From IMG/VR virus record IMGVR_UViG_3300013005_000001, positions 146,303 through 210,302 of that record: a stretch of DNA of 64,000 nt, one strand, 5' to 3'. Numbering within the stretch: the first letter of the stretch is position 1; each line of letters begins with the position of its first letter. Below, piece by piece: positions 19,082 through 28,957 of this stretch. Made by a program: the position numbers and the translations under genes. The notes beneath the pieces are model-generated. The model did not search any database. It was given only the letters and a program-made list of their open reading frames with translations, and was not told the origin of the DNA.

Positions 19082-19695
19082 TGTCTATGTATAATTTTTC
19101 TGCGTCTTCAATAAATGGAAAAGAAAACTATCTTTCTGAATTTAAGGGAAAAACAACTTTAGTAGTAAATATAGCTAGTAAGTTTGGCTATGAACCACAG
19201 TGTTCTAATCTGTGGTCATATGCAAGAACTTGTAGACAACTTTGGCAGTTGCAATCTGTACATGACGAGTTTAAAAATAGAGGATTCTCGGTCCTAGCAT
19301 TCCCTTGTAACCAATTTGGTTCAATGGATCCAGGAACTAATGAACAAATAAACAATTTCATTAAAGATAATTATCCTTTTGTAACTTTTCCTATTTTTGA
19401 GAAAGTTGAAGTTAATGGAAAAAATGAACATGAGGTTTTTGCCTTCCTTAAAGGTTATGAAAAAAGATCATATTCAGACTTCGCTGCTGATGGTACAGAA
19501 GAAGCTAAAAAAGGACAGAATTTAGTAGGTCAGGCAATGGCAAGAATTTCTCATAATTATGAAAAGTTTTTAGTAAGTAGAGATGGAATTATGATATCTA
19601 GATTTAACTGGCAAGATATGCCGCTGGATGAAACGCCTAGAATTCAAGGTGCAGGCTGGACAATTAGACAAGCGATAGATGAAGTATTGGGATGA
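19078..19695 (+). CDS. Glutathione peroxidase-like protein, atypical active site
   Basis: KGKTTLVVNIASKFG, FSVLAFPCNQFG, KVEVNG, SHNYEKFLV. Confidence 0.85.
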   Translation: MMSMYNFSASSINGKENYLSEFKGKTTLVVNIASKFGYEPQCSNLWSYARTCRQLWQLQSVHDEFKNRGFSVLAFPCNQFGSMDPGTNEQINNFIKDNYPFVTFPIFEKVEVNGKNEHEVFAFLKGYEKRSYSDFAADGTEEAKKGQNLVGQAMARISHNYEKFLVSRDGIMISRFNWQDMPLDETPRIQGAGWTIRQAIDEVLG

Positions 19696-20795
19696 ACCAG
19701 GAAAATAATAATAGAGAAAATCCATACTTGGGATTGTCTCCATATCCAGTGTCTCCAGATTTTACCGAAGAGATAATAGCTGAAATTGGAGACCTAGAAG
19801 CAGAAGAACTTGGACCCGGAATAGTAGTTATAAAAAATGCTTTCAAGATAGACCAAAGCAAAATACTTGACCATATAGACTCTCAGGCAGAAGAAGCCCA
19901 TAGGACCAGATGGCAGTTTATAACAGCTGAGGATGGCGTTGAGTATGGCATAAACGAAGATGGCTTCAGATATAGGCTAGAGGATGTTCCTGCAGCTCCT
20001 GTGCGATTGTTGCAACCTGTAAATTCAGAAACGCCTGAAAATGTAAAAGAATTTTTTATTTACTTAGAAGAACAAATATATAAATCATTAATAAAATATA
20101 TAGATTTTTATCCACTTATGATAGGTAGTATTTGGTGGAAAAATAGAGGCCATATACTTAGATACGGAGATGGTGGCATCTTAGGCTGTCATGCAGACAA
20201 TGACACTAACTACAAAGTATCTCAAGGAGTTAGGTACATGCCTAAGGGCATGGTAGCATCTCGACAGACATGTGGGGCTTTAGTATATTTAAATGATCAG
20301 GTAGACACTGAAGAGGAATTAGATGGAAAAAACTTTACCGGTGGAAATTTAAACTTTGTTCACCTAGGGATATCTTATGCCCCCAAGAGGGGGGACATTA
20401 TCTTCTTCCCCACTAATTACGTAGCAGCACATGAAGTATCAAAAATGGGAAAGGGCGTTAGGTATGCTTACTTAACCTTCTTTGGACAAGGCGATAGCGA
20501 TGTTAAGTCTAACATAGTGATTGTAGAGCCAGAAGAAAGTTACGATTGGTGTCCAGCTGTTTGGTTTAACAATATCTATGACGACTATGAAAGATATTGC
20601 AAAACTCCACATTCTAGATATTCTAATTTAGAAAAATATGGAGTTTCACCAGGTTGGAATCCAGTTTATCAAGGAAGAAACGTTGCACAATATAACAATA
20701 GTCATGAGGCAATTGTTGTTGAGGAAAAAGAAATTCAAGAATCAGATACCGAACTACCAGAAGGGCCATGTGGAACAGAGCCTAGGTTAATATAA
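19692..20795 (+). CDS. 2OG-Fe(II) oxygenase (paralogue group)
   Basis: WWKNRGHILRY...HAD...YLND...GG...FPTNY..H.V...R. Confidence 0.85.
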   Translation: MNQENNNRENPYLGLSPYPVSPDFTEEIIAEIGDLEAEELGPGIVVIKNAFKIDQSKILDHIDSQAEEAHRTRWQFITAEDGVEYGINEDGFRYRLEDVPAAPVRLLQPVNSETPENVKEFFIYLEEQIYKSLIKYIDFYPLMIGSIWWKNRGHILRYGDGGILGCHADNDTNYKVSQGVRYMPKGMVASRQTCGALVYLNDQVDTEEELDGKNFTGGNLNFVHLGISYAPKRGDIIFFPTNYVAAHEVSKMGKGVRYAYLTFFGQGDSDVKSNIVIVEPEESYDWCPAVWFNNIYDDYERYCKTPHSRYSNLEKYGVSPGWNPVYQGRNVAQYNNSHEAIVVEEKEIQESDTELPEGPCGTEPRLI

Positions 20796-21721
20796 TGTTT
20801 GAAATAAAAGAAGAAAATATAGAAATACATGATATGGGAATTGTTCTTTTTAAGAACGTTCTTCCCATGAAGGAACATGGTTATATATTGGACTTTGCAA
20901 GATCTTTAAGATTAAAAGCTTTAGAAGATGATTTTACTTTTATTAATGATGATTTAGGAAATCCACAATATGCAATCAACAGAAGTGGACATAGGTACAG
21001 CCTAGAAGATGTAGACATAGCGTGCAATCACATTATGAATTTTATGCATGAAGGCTTAGATAAAAAATACTTTGACTTCTTTAAGGCTTGCGAAGACGTT
21101 CTTTACTCGTGCATGCTTAGGTATGTAGAGATGTTTCCTATGGTACTGACCTGCTTATGGTGGAGAACTCAAGGGCATATAGTGGGATATGGAAAAGGCG
21201 GGCGATTTGGAAAGCACTGTGACAATGATGTCAATTATCAACCAGGAGCAGAACCAGATCAACAGCTAGCAATAAGAAATGTTTTAGGTGGGCTAATTTA
21301 TTTTAATAATTCAGTTTCTTCTTATAGCGAAGTAAGAAGAAATAATGATTACATAGGTGGAGAAATAGTTTTTCCATACGCAAATTTTACATACTCTCCA
21401 AAAGCGGGCGACGTACTGATGTTCCCATCGAATTATCTCGGCACACACAAGGTCCTTGAATGCAAAGACGGAGAAAGATATGCTTACGTTGGGTATTTTG
21501 CACAAGGGTCTAGCGATCCATCCAGAGGGGTAAACGTAAGACAGCCTTCAGAAGTAATGGATAGCGGTCAAGTGTGGATGCCAAACATAGTGCAAGACTA
21601 TTTGGCGTCAATAGAAAAAAGACATCCTCAAACAAACAAAGAGGAATTAGCACTATTGACCGAGGCAGCAAATAGACCAATGACTAGCAATAATACTAAT
21701 CAAGAAATTGGTAGAATATGA
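20795..21721 (+). CDS. 2OG-Fe(II) oxygenase (paralogue group)
   Basis: WWRTQGHIVGY...HCD...YFNN...GGEI...FPSNY..H.V...GERY. Confidence 0.85.
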   Translation: MFEIKEENIEIHDMGIVLFKNVLPMKEHGYILDFARSLRLKALEDDFTFINDDLGNPQYAINRSGHRYSLEDVDIACNHIMNFMHEGLDKKYFDFFKACEDVLYSCMLRYVEMFPMVLTCLWWRTQGHIVGYGKGGRFGKHCDNDVNYQPGAEPDQQLAIRNVLGGLIYFNNSVSSYSEVRRNNDYIGGEIVFPYANFTYSPKAGDVLMFPSNYLGTHKVLECKDGERYAYVGYFAQGSSDPSRGVNVRQPSEVMDSGQVWMPNIVQDYLASIEKRHPQTNKEELALLTEAANRPMTSNNTNQEIGRI

Positions 21722-22599
21722 TTTTTAATAAAGTAGAACCAAAACACTTAGGTGGTGGAGTAGTGGTCTTTGAAGCCTGTCTTGATTTAGATTGGGAGAA
21801 CTTACTCAAAAGATCAAATCAGTTAATAGAAGAAGAATGGAACGATATGTATTCTCCAGGAATAGATCCTGAGACTGGTGAAGAAATATATGTAAACAAA
21901 AGTGGTTATTTCTTCAATAAAGGCAGCATTGACTTAATGCCAAAAAGAGCTAGTGCGATTCATTACAAGGACAATGAAGATTTGCGTGACCTTTTTTCTT
22001 TTATAGAGTCGGCAAAAGACAAATGCTTGTTACAATATTTTGAGCTTTTTCCATTGGCTTACAAATGTGTATGGTGGAAAGTCAAAGGTCATATATTGCA
22101 ATATCCAAAAAATGTTTACCTTGGCTCCCATTCAGATATCAGTGGTGATTACATCTATGGAGTTTTAGAACCTCAAGATCAATTGGCCTTAAGAAACGTC
22201 GTTACAAGTTTAGTGTATTTTAATGATTCAGTTGATAACGAGAAAGATCTAGATGGTCAAAATTACATTGGTGGACATCATTATTTTAATTATTTAGACA
22301 TAGATTATTCTCCCAAAAAAGGAGATATAATATTCTTCCCATCTAACTACATGGCTGCCCACGAGGTAAAACCGGTAAAAGAAGGCCTTAGATACAGTTA
22401 TCTTGGATGGTATAGTCAAGGGACTCCTAACCCAGCTGTTCACGAATATGTAGCAGATCCCTTAAAAGATCCTGAACTATCAAAGAAAGCAACAAACGTT
22501 TATATGACGACGCTTAGAGAAGATTTGAAAAAACATCTAATAGAATCTGGATACAAAGAAGATTCTCCTCAGTTCTATATTACAAAATCAAACTATTAA
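21718..22599 (+). CDS. 2OG-Fe(II) oxygenase (paralogue group)
   Basis: WWKVKGHILQY...HSD...YFND...FPSNY..HEV...GLRY. Confidence 0.85.
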   Translation: MIFNKVEPKHLGGGVVVFEACLDLDWENLLKRSNQLIEEEWNDMYSPGIDPETGEEIYVNKSGYFFNKGSIDLMPKRASAIHYKDNEDLRDLFSFIESAKDKCLLQYFELFPLAYKCVWWKVKGHILQYPKNVYLGSHSDISGDYIYGVLEPQDQLALRNVVTSLVYFNDSVDNEKDLDGQNYIGGHHYFNYLDIDYSPKKGDIIFFPSNYMAAHEVKPVKEGLRYSYLGWYSQGTPNPAVHEYVADPLKDPELSKKATNVYMTTLREDLKKHLIESGYKEDSPQFYITKSNY

Positions 22600-22607
22600 G
22601 GAACCTT

Positions 22608-23414
22608 ATGAAATCTAAACATATTGGAATGGGCGTAGTCATATGCGAAAACGTAATTGATATAGACCAAGATTTTCTTTTTGAATATATTAATTGGATT
22701 CGCAAAAATCAAGAAGACACTTTTGTTTATTTAGAGGAAGATGGCGTAGAGTACGCTATTAATAAAACTGGTTTTAAATTTAAGCTAGAAGACGTTAAGC
22801 AGGCACCACAAAGATTTTTGGATACAAAAGGAAAACAATTAAACTCTCCTGTTCCTCAGAAATACATCGATTTTATAGACTCACTAGAGAACGCAGTCTA
22901 CGATGCTCTTGTGGAATACTGCTGTTACTTCCCGGACGCAGGGACAACATCTTGGTGGAGACCAACTGGTCATATAGCTGGATATGAAAATGGTCAAAGA
23001 ATAGGCCAGCATTGCGACGATCAAGTACCTTACGAATGGGGTAAGCCAACAAGCAATCAAGTCTCGATGCATAATAGTTCAAGCATAAACTTATATTTAA
23101 ATGATTGCGTAGACTCACAAGATGATTTAAATAATTTTAATTATACTGGTGGAGAAATCCATTTTCCAAATATTCCATATGTTTGGAAACCAAAAGCTGG
23201 ATCAGTGGCAATATATCCTTCTAGCTACATTGGTAGACATGAAGTCTATCCTGTGGATCTGGGCCAGCGTTATGCGTTCTTGAGCATAGCTTGTTATGGC
23301 ACATCTTTTGACAGAGAAGAAACAGTTGGGCAAGAGAATGATCAAAAACACTGGATGCCGGACCTAATAAAAGATGTTAATAATAGGGTTGGTAAAAAGA
23401 ATTTTTTACTTTAA
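22608..23414 (+). CDS. 2OG-Fe(II) oxygenase (paralogue group)
   Basis: WWRPTGHIAGY...HCD...YLND...GGEI...HEV...GQRY. Confidence 0.85.
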   Translation: MKSKHIGMGVVICENVIDIDQDFLFEYINWIRKNQEDTFVYLEEDGVEYAINKTGFKFKLEDVKQAPQRFLDTKGKQLNSPVPQKYIDFIDSLENAVYDALVEYCCYFPDAGTTSWWRPTGHIAGYENGQRIGQHCDDQVPYEWGKPTSNQVSMHNSSSINLYLNDCVDSQDDLNNFNYTGGEIHFPNIPYVWKPKAGSVAIYPSSYIGRHEVYPVDLGQRYAFLSIACYGTSFDREETVGQENDQKHWMPDLIKDVNNRVGKKNFLL

Positions 23415-23449
23415 ATCGTTACTATAACAGGGGACAAGAAGGGGTATAG

Positions 23450-23833
23450 ATGAGCCTATTATATAATCAGCTACTGTCTTATGACGCCCCATCTATTTTT
23501 TATAGTGGTGATATAGGCGTTTCTCCGTCTAGTATTTTAAATCCTATTCAAATAGGAAATCCAAGTATACTTTCTCAGGCAATAAATAATCAATCCAGTT
23601 TAACCACAATTGGATTAATATCCTATGACTTTGCTCCAAGCGGACAAATCACAGGAGTTACATCCTACGGACTTGCTTCAAGCGGACAGATTACAGCAGT
23701 CACATACAATGACTTTGCCTCTAGCGGACAAATCACAGGAGTTACATCTTATGACCTTGCTCCTAGTGGACAAATTGCAATGGAAGTAACATCTTCTCCT
23801 GGAACAGCCATCTTGACTTTACAGCAGATTTAA
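23450..23833 (+). CDS. Small repeat-containing hypothetical protein
   Basis: 127 aa with about four copies of a 14-aa repeat. Confidence 0.6.
   Translation: MSLLYNQLLSYDAPSIFYSGDIGVSPSSILNPIQIGNPSILSQAINNQSSLTTIGLISYDFAPSGQITGVTSYGLASSGQITAVTYNDFASSGQITGVTSYDLAPSGQIAMEVTSSPGTAILTLQQI
23621..23779 (+). repeat. 42-nt tandem repeat, ~3.8 copies (SYDFAPSGQITGVT)
   Basis: Units start at 23621, 23663, 23705 and 23747. Confidence 0.9.
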
Positions 23834-23892
23834 CTATATATAATATATTATTGCGCTACTATTCTATGTAAAGCTTTATTTTTGGAGATTCT

Positions 23893-24843
23893 ATGACTAC
23901 TGGAAATGTTCTTGTAAACGACACCGTAAGAATTAGGGTTAGATTTATAGATATAGATCCTACCACTGGTAATGAGATTGAAATTTCTCCAACTTTAGTT
24001 ACCGTTAATATATTTGATTCTGAAGATGCAATAGTAGAAACTGGTCAAGCTCAAGCCGTAAGCGGATCCACTTCTTCATATTACTATGACTTCACAGCTA
24101 CAATAGCAGGTGAATATAAAATAACTTTTATTGGAACATTTGCTAACTCAACATTTGTAAATGTAAATCAAAACTTATATGTAAGCAGCCAAACGGCAGA
24201 ATATAGACCAACTATAACTTTATCGGCAGATGAAACCATATCATTTGGAGCAGATATAACACCACTTTATGTAGATCCAGAAATCCTTCAAAGTACATTT
24301 CCAGATGCAACAAAGCTTGAAATAGCAGAACTAATACATAATTTTTCTCAAGAAATAAATAGCATTATTGGTATAAATTCTACTACAACAGATCCAGTTG
24401 CCGTAATGGAGAGCTATGGGGTAGCCCCTTATGCCGTAGTAGAATACATCAAAGCAGCTACATGCTGTGAGCTTACTAGAGTTTATGGTTTTGGCGGAGA
24501 TGATGAATTGAGTATACAATTAGCAGATTTGCAGATTACAAACAGAAATACTCCAAGAAGTAATATAACAAGATCTAACGCAACAACCTGGTGCCAAATA
24601 GCAGCAGCTTTAAGGAAAGAACTTCTGTCAAAGAGAACTGGCATAAGAGGCGTACAGCCAAAGGGAACGCCTAGAAGAGTCACCACCCCATCTGGAGCAT
24701 CATTGGATCTGCAAACCGGGGCACTTATATATATTAACGATACTAACGTATACGGCCCAAGGGATCTGTTCAGACAAGGTACAAGCGCCCAATCTGGCGT
24801 AGACGACCCCATGCCAAGCAGGGGCATAAAGAGATATGATTAA
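23893..24843 (+). CDS. Putative neck/head-tail adaptor protein
   Basis: 316 aa; beta-rich N-terminal domain plus helical C-terminal domain; first gene of the neck/tail block. Confidence 0.5.
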   Translation: MTTGNVLVNDTVRIRVRFIDIDPTTGNEIEISPTLVTVNIFDSEDAIVETGQAQAVSGSTSSYYYDFTATIAGEYKITFIGTFANSTFVNVNQNLYVSSQTAEYRPTITLSADETISFGADITPLYVDPEILQSTFPDATKLEIAELIHNFSQEINSIIGINSTTTDPVAVMESYGVAPYAVVEYIKAATCCELTRVYGFGGDDELSIQLADLQITNRNTPRSNITRSNATTWCQIAAALRKELLSKRTGIRGVQPKGTPRRVTTPSGASLDLQTGALIYINDTNVYGPRDLFRQGTSAQSGVDDPMPSRGIKRYD

Positions 24844-25216
24844 TGCTAAAAATATCATTAAAAAGATATTAAGAGAATGGGGTCATGATATACTTTATCA
24901 AAGAAGAATATCTGACGATTTTTCATACTCAGAAGTTTTAGAAAGAATAACTACAAGAAGTCAGTTAGCTAAGTCTTCTAGAATTTCATCAACATTAGAA
25001 GAAGAAATAGAAGGTTACTTTGTCAATTCTGATTTAGTATATTACTTTGAATCTTCGGTCAATCCTCAATCTGGGGATAGAATATATGAAGAGTCTTTTA
25101 CAAATTTAGATGAAACAATAATTTACAGAATAGACGCTACGTACGGTGTTAGAGGACGTTTTGGCGAAATAAATTATTGGATAGTTGGAGCAACAAAGGA
25201 AACGCCAGCAGGATAA
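24836..25216 (+). CDS. Putative head-completion/stopper protein
   Basis: 126 aa (LREWGH.ILY..., YYF...PQSGDRIYE, RGRFGEI.YW); position in the neck module. Confidence 0.5.
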   Translation: MINAKNIIKKILREWGHDILYQRRISDDFSYSEVLERITTRSQLAKSSRISSTLEEEIEGYFVNSDLVYYFESSVNPQSGDRIYEESFTNLDETIIYRIDATYGVRGRFGEINYWIVGATKETPAG

Positions 25217-25217
25217 T

Positions 25218-26838
25218 ATGTTACTAGTAAGTCCAGGAACAGTAGTAGAGATTCCATTTGTATACAGATCTGGGTACACCTATGTCGATCCAGACGTTAG
25301 TATAACAGCTCTTCTTAAGAGGCGGATTTAACAACGCAGGCCCTGTTATAGCTGGCCCATTTGTGTGGGCTCCGGCTTCATTGGATTGGAGTGAATATGA
25401 TTTTGCTGACGATGTTATTTTTTACAAAGACGAATCAATAACAGAGGCATACCCAGTGCTTAAAAGGGATTCTGTAGGTTCTTTTGTAATTAAGTTAAAG
25501 ATACCAGAAAATCTTTTTGATGGAATGTATACCATTCAAGTAACAGCACTAGTAGATGGATTGTCTGTATCAAGAGAAATAAATTTGCAATCATCCAATG
25601 GATACCAGACATATGAAGATTCTTTTGATTTAGGTTCAAAGTCAATAAAAATAGGCAATAGATCTTTATATCAAAATATTGGAGATTCAACAACTCAAAA
25701 TATATTATTAATAGGTCATACAGACGCTTTACAACCTTACGGAATAGTAAAATTAAAGTCTATTCAAGATGGAATAAACTTATTAAGAGGTGATGTAAAA
25801 TCTCCGTTACTTAGAGGAATGTTTGATGCGTATGCATGCGGAGCAAGAGATATATATTTAATGTCTTGTGGGTATATGAGCGAATACGTAGAAGAAGTTA
25901 GTGATAGAAATGTAGAAATATTTTCTGACGATGATGCAACACCAAATCAATATTCTTTTTACGATTTGTATTACTTGAGACTTAATGAATGTTATTCACT
26001 TCTAAAAGATTATGAATTTTTAAACATAATAGTGCCATTAGAAACTTCAATTATAAATACTGGACTTAATAATTTTGTTGAGCAACTTGCAACCCACTGT
26101 GAATTTTTACAGACTGAAACGGGTGAAGTCCAGTTTGGAATAATAGGTTCTAGAAATAATGGATTATCAATATCAGATATTGACCTATTGGAAGAAAAAG
26201 ATTTTAATTTAGATCCAGTTATAACACCTGAAGGTTATGTTATTTCTGATAAGGGTAGACATGTAATATTGATTTATGGTGAAATAATTTTAAGCCACAA
26301 ACAACTACAGGTAAGTTATTCCGGTTCACCAGCTGCCGCAGTAGCTGGAATGATATCGTCTACTAGAATAGATAGAGGTTTAACTAAGACTAAAATACCA
26401 GCCGCTTTTTCTATTCATGGAGCAGATCTAAACGCTGCACAAGTAAAAAGACTTCAAGACATAGGAATTAACACTGTGGTTAGAGGACAAAGATCTAGAA
26501 GGGCAGCAATCTTTGACACATGTCTAAGCAGTGATTACACTAAATCTATTAGTGAATCCTATAAAGATTGCAGCAATGTTAGATTAGTTTCTTTAGTCAT
26601 TAGGGAGATTCAATCCTTAGGAAACCTCGCTGTTGGAAAATTTGGATATGATAAAATAGTATCTTATGTAGAAGAGTTTCTGTCAGCACTACAAAGCTCT
26701 AGGGTAATAGTTGACTATTCAATGAATGTTTCTGCAAATAAGGTAGATAAAAGTACTCTTTACTTTAACATATCAATTACTTCTTCCAGAACTTTGAGAC
26801 AAATTTCTTTTAATGTTTCTAGTGGTAAGGGCGCATAA
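25218..26838 (+). CDS. Tail sheath-like protein, interrupted by +1 shift at CGGA 25323-25326 (joined 539 aa)
   Basis: ATG 25218 immediately follows the previous stop and reads MLLVSPGTVVEIPFVY...LLKR, then CGG. The +1 frame GFNNAGPVIAGPFVWAP joins ORF 25363. Sheath-like C-terminus (AAAVAG, GINTV, NVRLV). Confidence 0.7.
25323..25326 (+). other. CGGA +1 recoding site 3
   Basis: In-frame CGG (codon 36); +1-frame TAA at 25303, 0-frame TAA at 25329. Confidence 0.72.
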
Positions 26839-27575
26839 TGACACAGAATGTTATAGGATTTCCATCTGGAAATAGAAACGATGTTAGTTTTGACAGAGTA
26901 TTTGGAGAGCCGCTTCAAGCTAGTGGAAATCTCAGTTACTTAGAATTTATAGCAGTAGTTAAATCTTTATGGGAAAATGCTTATCCAGATATTAAAATTA
27001 AACCAACGCAGAGTGGGACATATGCAGATTATCCCGTAATAGTATATGGACTAGAACTAAGAAAAGCTCACACCAGTGAACCAAAACCAAGAACCAGAAC
27101 TACTCAAACGAATAAAGATGTAGTTGTCTTCGGTCAAAGATTTCAAAACATAGTTAGCTTTACTGTAATAACAGAAGCAAATGGTGGAGCAAAACAAGGT
27201 TCTGCAGCAAGATATTCTGGGCCAGAAGTGGCGGACAATATCATGGAGATATTTGAAGACTTTATGCTAGAACATACTCCTGTCTTTAAAAGGCTAGGCG
27301 CTTCAGAATTTGTTTATTCAAGAAGACTTTCTGACTCTGAAGAAAATAGAGACAGTACTGACATTTGCAAAAGAACTGTTACTTATATGTTAACTACCGA
27401 AAAACTGTTTGCTCAAAATGTAGACCATATTGAGAGTATCGTTTTAGACGTGAGAAGATACATGTCTTACGAACAGTCCATATGGGACAGTGCTCAAGAA
27501 GGTGCTACCCCAGACTTTACTGGAACAGAAGTAAATATAATAGACTTGTATCAAAGTTCCACTCCCAACACTTAA
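26838..27575 (+). CDS. Putative tail terminator/completion protein
   Basis: 245 aa directly upstream of the sheath gene. Confidence 0.45.
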   Translation: MTQNVIGFPSGNRNDVSFDRVFGEPLQASGNLSYLEFIAVVKSLWENAYPDIKIKPTQSGTYADYPVIVYGLELRKAHTSEPKPRTRTTQTNKDVVVFGQRFQNIVSFTVITEANGGAKQGSAARYSGPEVADNIMEIFEDFMLEHTPVFKRLGASEFVYSRRLSDSEENRDSTDICKRTVTYMLTTEKLFAQNVDHIESIVLDVRRYMSYEQSIWDSAQEGATPDFTGTEVNIIDLYQSSTPNT

Positions 27576-27658
27576 TGTAGTTTGTTTTTATATCTTACCT
27601 ATTACTATATTGTCTGAAGTAATATATTTATCTGCCCTAATCGGAGGTCTAAAGTCTA

Positions 27659-28930
27659 ATGGCTCTACCAGGTGTAAAAACAGTAATTAAAGATCGCTTT
27701 TATAGCATCTCAAGACAGGATATTCCTGTCGGACCAAAAATTTGTCTCATTGCTCGCAGGTCTACTGCTGACAATACTGGCAATGTAAGGGATCTAGACG
27801 TTGTTCAAGCAACAACGGAACAGGACGTCATGACTGCGTTTGGAGAAAATTCAGACGCACACAGAGGCTACTTTGAGCTTGTAGCAGGAGGTGCTGAAAG
27901 AGTTTTCATCGTACCACTTCCTAGCGACACAACATGGAACTATACCACTGGTGCAGTTACCAGTTCAAGCTTTGGTGGAAGCGTTTTTGATGCTTGTTTC
28001 GAAGCAGCAGAAGCAGTTCAGCCAGACATCATCGTACCTTGGGGTAGAGGTGGACATCCATATGATTATGATCAGGAGGGCGCTACTCCTAACACTGGCA
28101 CAACAGGACCAAGTTTTGGTTTCTATGCAGACAGTGCCTCAACCGCAAATAGCCTTGTTGCCAAAGTTGGCGCAAAGGTAAAGGACATTGCAGAGAATTC
28201 TTTCCCATGCTTCGCTGTTATGGGAATTAAGCCATACATAGGTGGCGTATCAGAAATCATGACACCAGGTGAAGTATCAACTCACATTGGTAGCGCAGGA
28301 TTAACCAATCTTATCTCAAGAGATGATGCAACCTTTTCTGCTGGTTCGGCTAACGACGGCGTTAACAAGCACGTAGTGGTTATGGCCTCAGAGCTTAAGC
28401 CAGTAAACTATGTAGCTGAATGGGGTTTTGCCAATGGTGCAACTACATTTGCTGCTGCAATTAGCAGAATGTCTTCTTTTAGCTCACCAGTTAATAAAAT
28501 AGCTTACAACGTAGCAACGATCAGATACAATCCAACTAGAACACAGCAAATTGCAATGTCCGACAAGGGCGTTAACTTTATCGCTCTTAACTTCAACAAA
28601 GTGCCAGTCTTCATCGAAGGTAGCACATTTGCTATGTCTACATCAGACTATACAAGAATTTCTACATATAGAATCATTTCAGAAGCAGCCACTTTAATAA
28701 GACAAGTGTGCCAGAAGTTTATTGGTGAAGCATCAACGCTTCAAACAAGAAACTCTATGGAAACGGCTATCACTTCTGCACTAAGAGGAATGCAACAAAT
28801 GGGTGCCTTGTTGGACAGTGACTTCAGCGTAAGTTACTTGCCAGCACAAAATAAGGCGTTTGTTGACCTCGTATTAACACCAGCATTTGAACTCAAGAAC
28901 ATTGAAGTTCAAGTATCTATAAGCATATAA
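27659..28930 (+). CDS. Tail sheath protein
   Basis: MALPGVKT N-terminus; C-terminal YTRISTYRII...KFIGE...LVLTPAFELKNI; GGAGG SD. Confidence 0.8.
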   Translation: MALPGVKTVIKDRFYSISRQDIPVGPKICLIARRSTADNTGNVRDLDVVQATTEQDVMTAFGENSDAHRGYFELVAGGAERVFIVPLPSDTTWNYTTGAVTSSSFGGSVFDACFEAAEAVQPDIIVPWGRGGHPYDYDQEGATPNTGTTGPSFGFYADSASTANSLVAKVGAKVKDIAENSFPCFAVMGIKPYIGGVSEIMTPGEVSTHIGSAGLTNLISRDDATFSAGSANDGVNKHVVVMASELKPVNYVAEWGFANGATTFAAAISRMSSFSSPVNKIAYNVATIRYNPTRTQQIAMSDKGVNFIALNFNKVPVFIEGSTFAMSTSDYTRISTYRIISEAATLIRQVCQKFIGEASTLQTRNSMETAITSALRGMQQMGALLDSDFSVSYLPAQNKAFVDLVLTPAFELKNIEVQVSISI

Positions 28931-28957
28931 CATAATACCGATTTGGAGGGTATATAA

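Noticed and set aside
14941-19695. Selenocysteine in the GPx-like genes
   Set aside because: No in-frame TGA; the peroxidatic positions are TGT and TTT.
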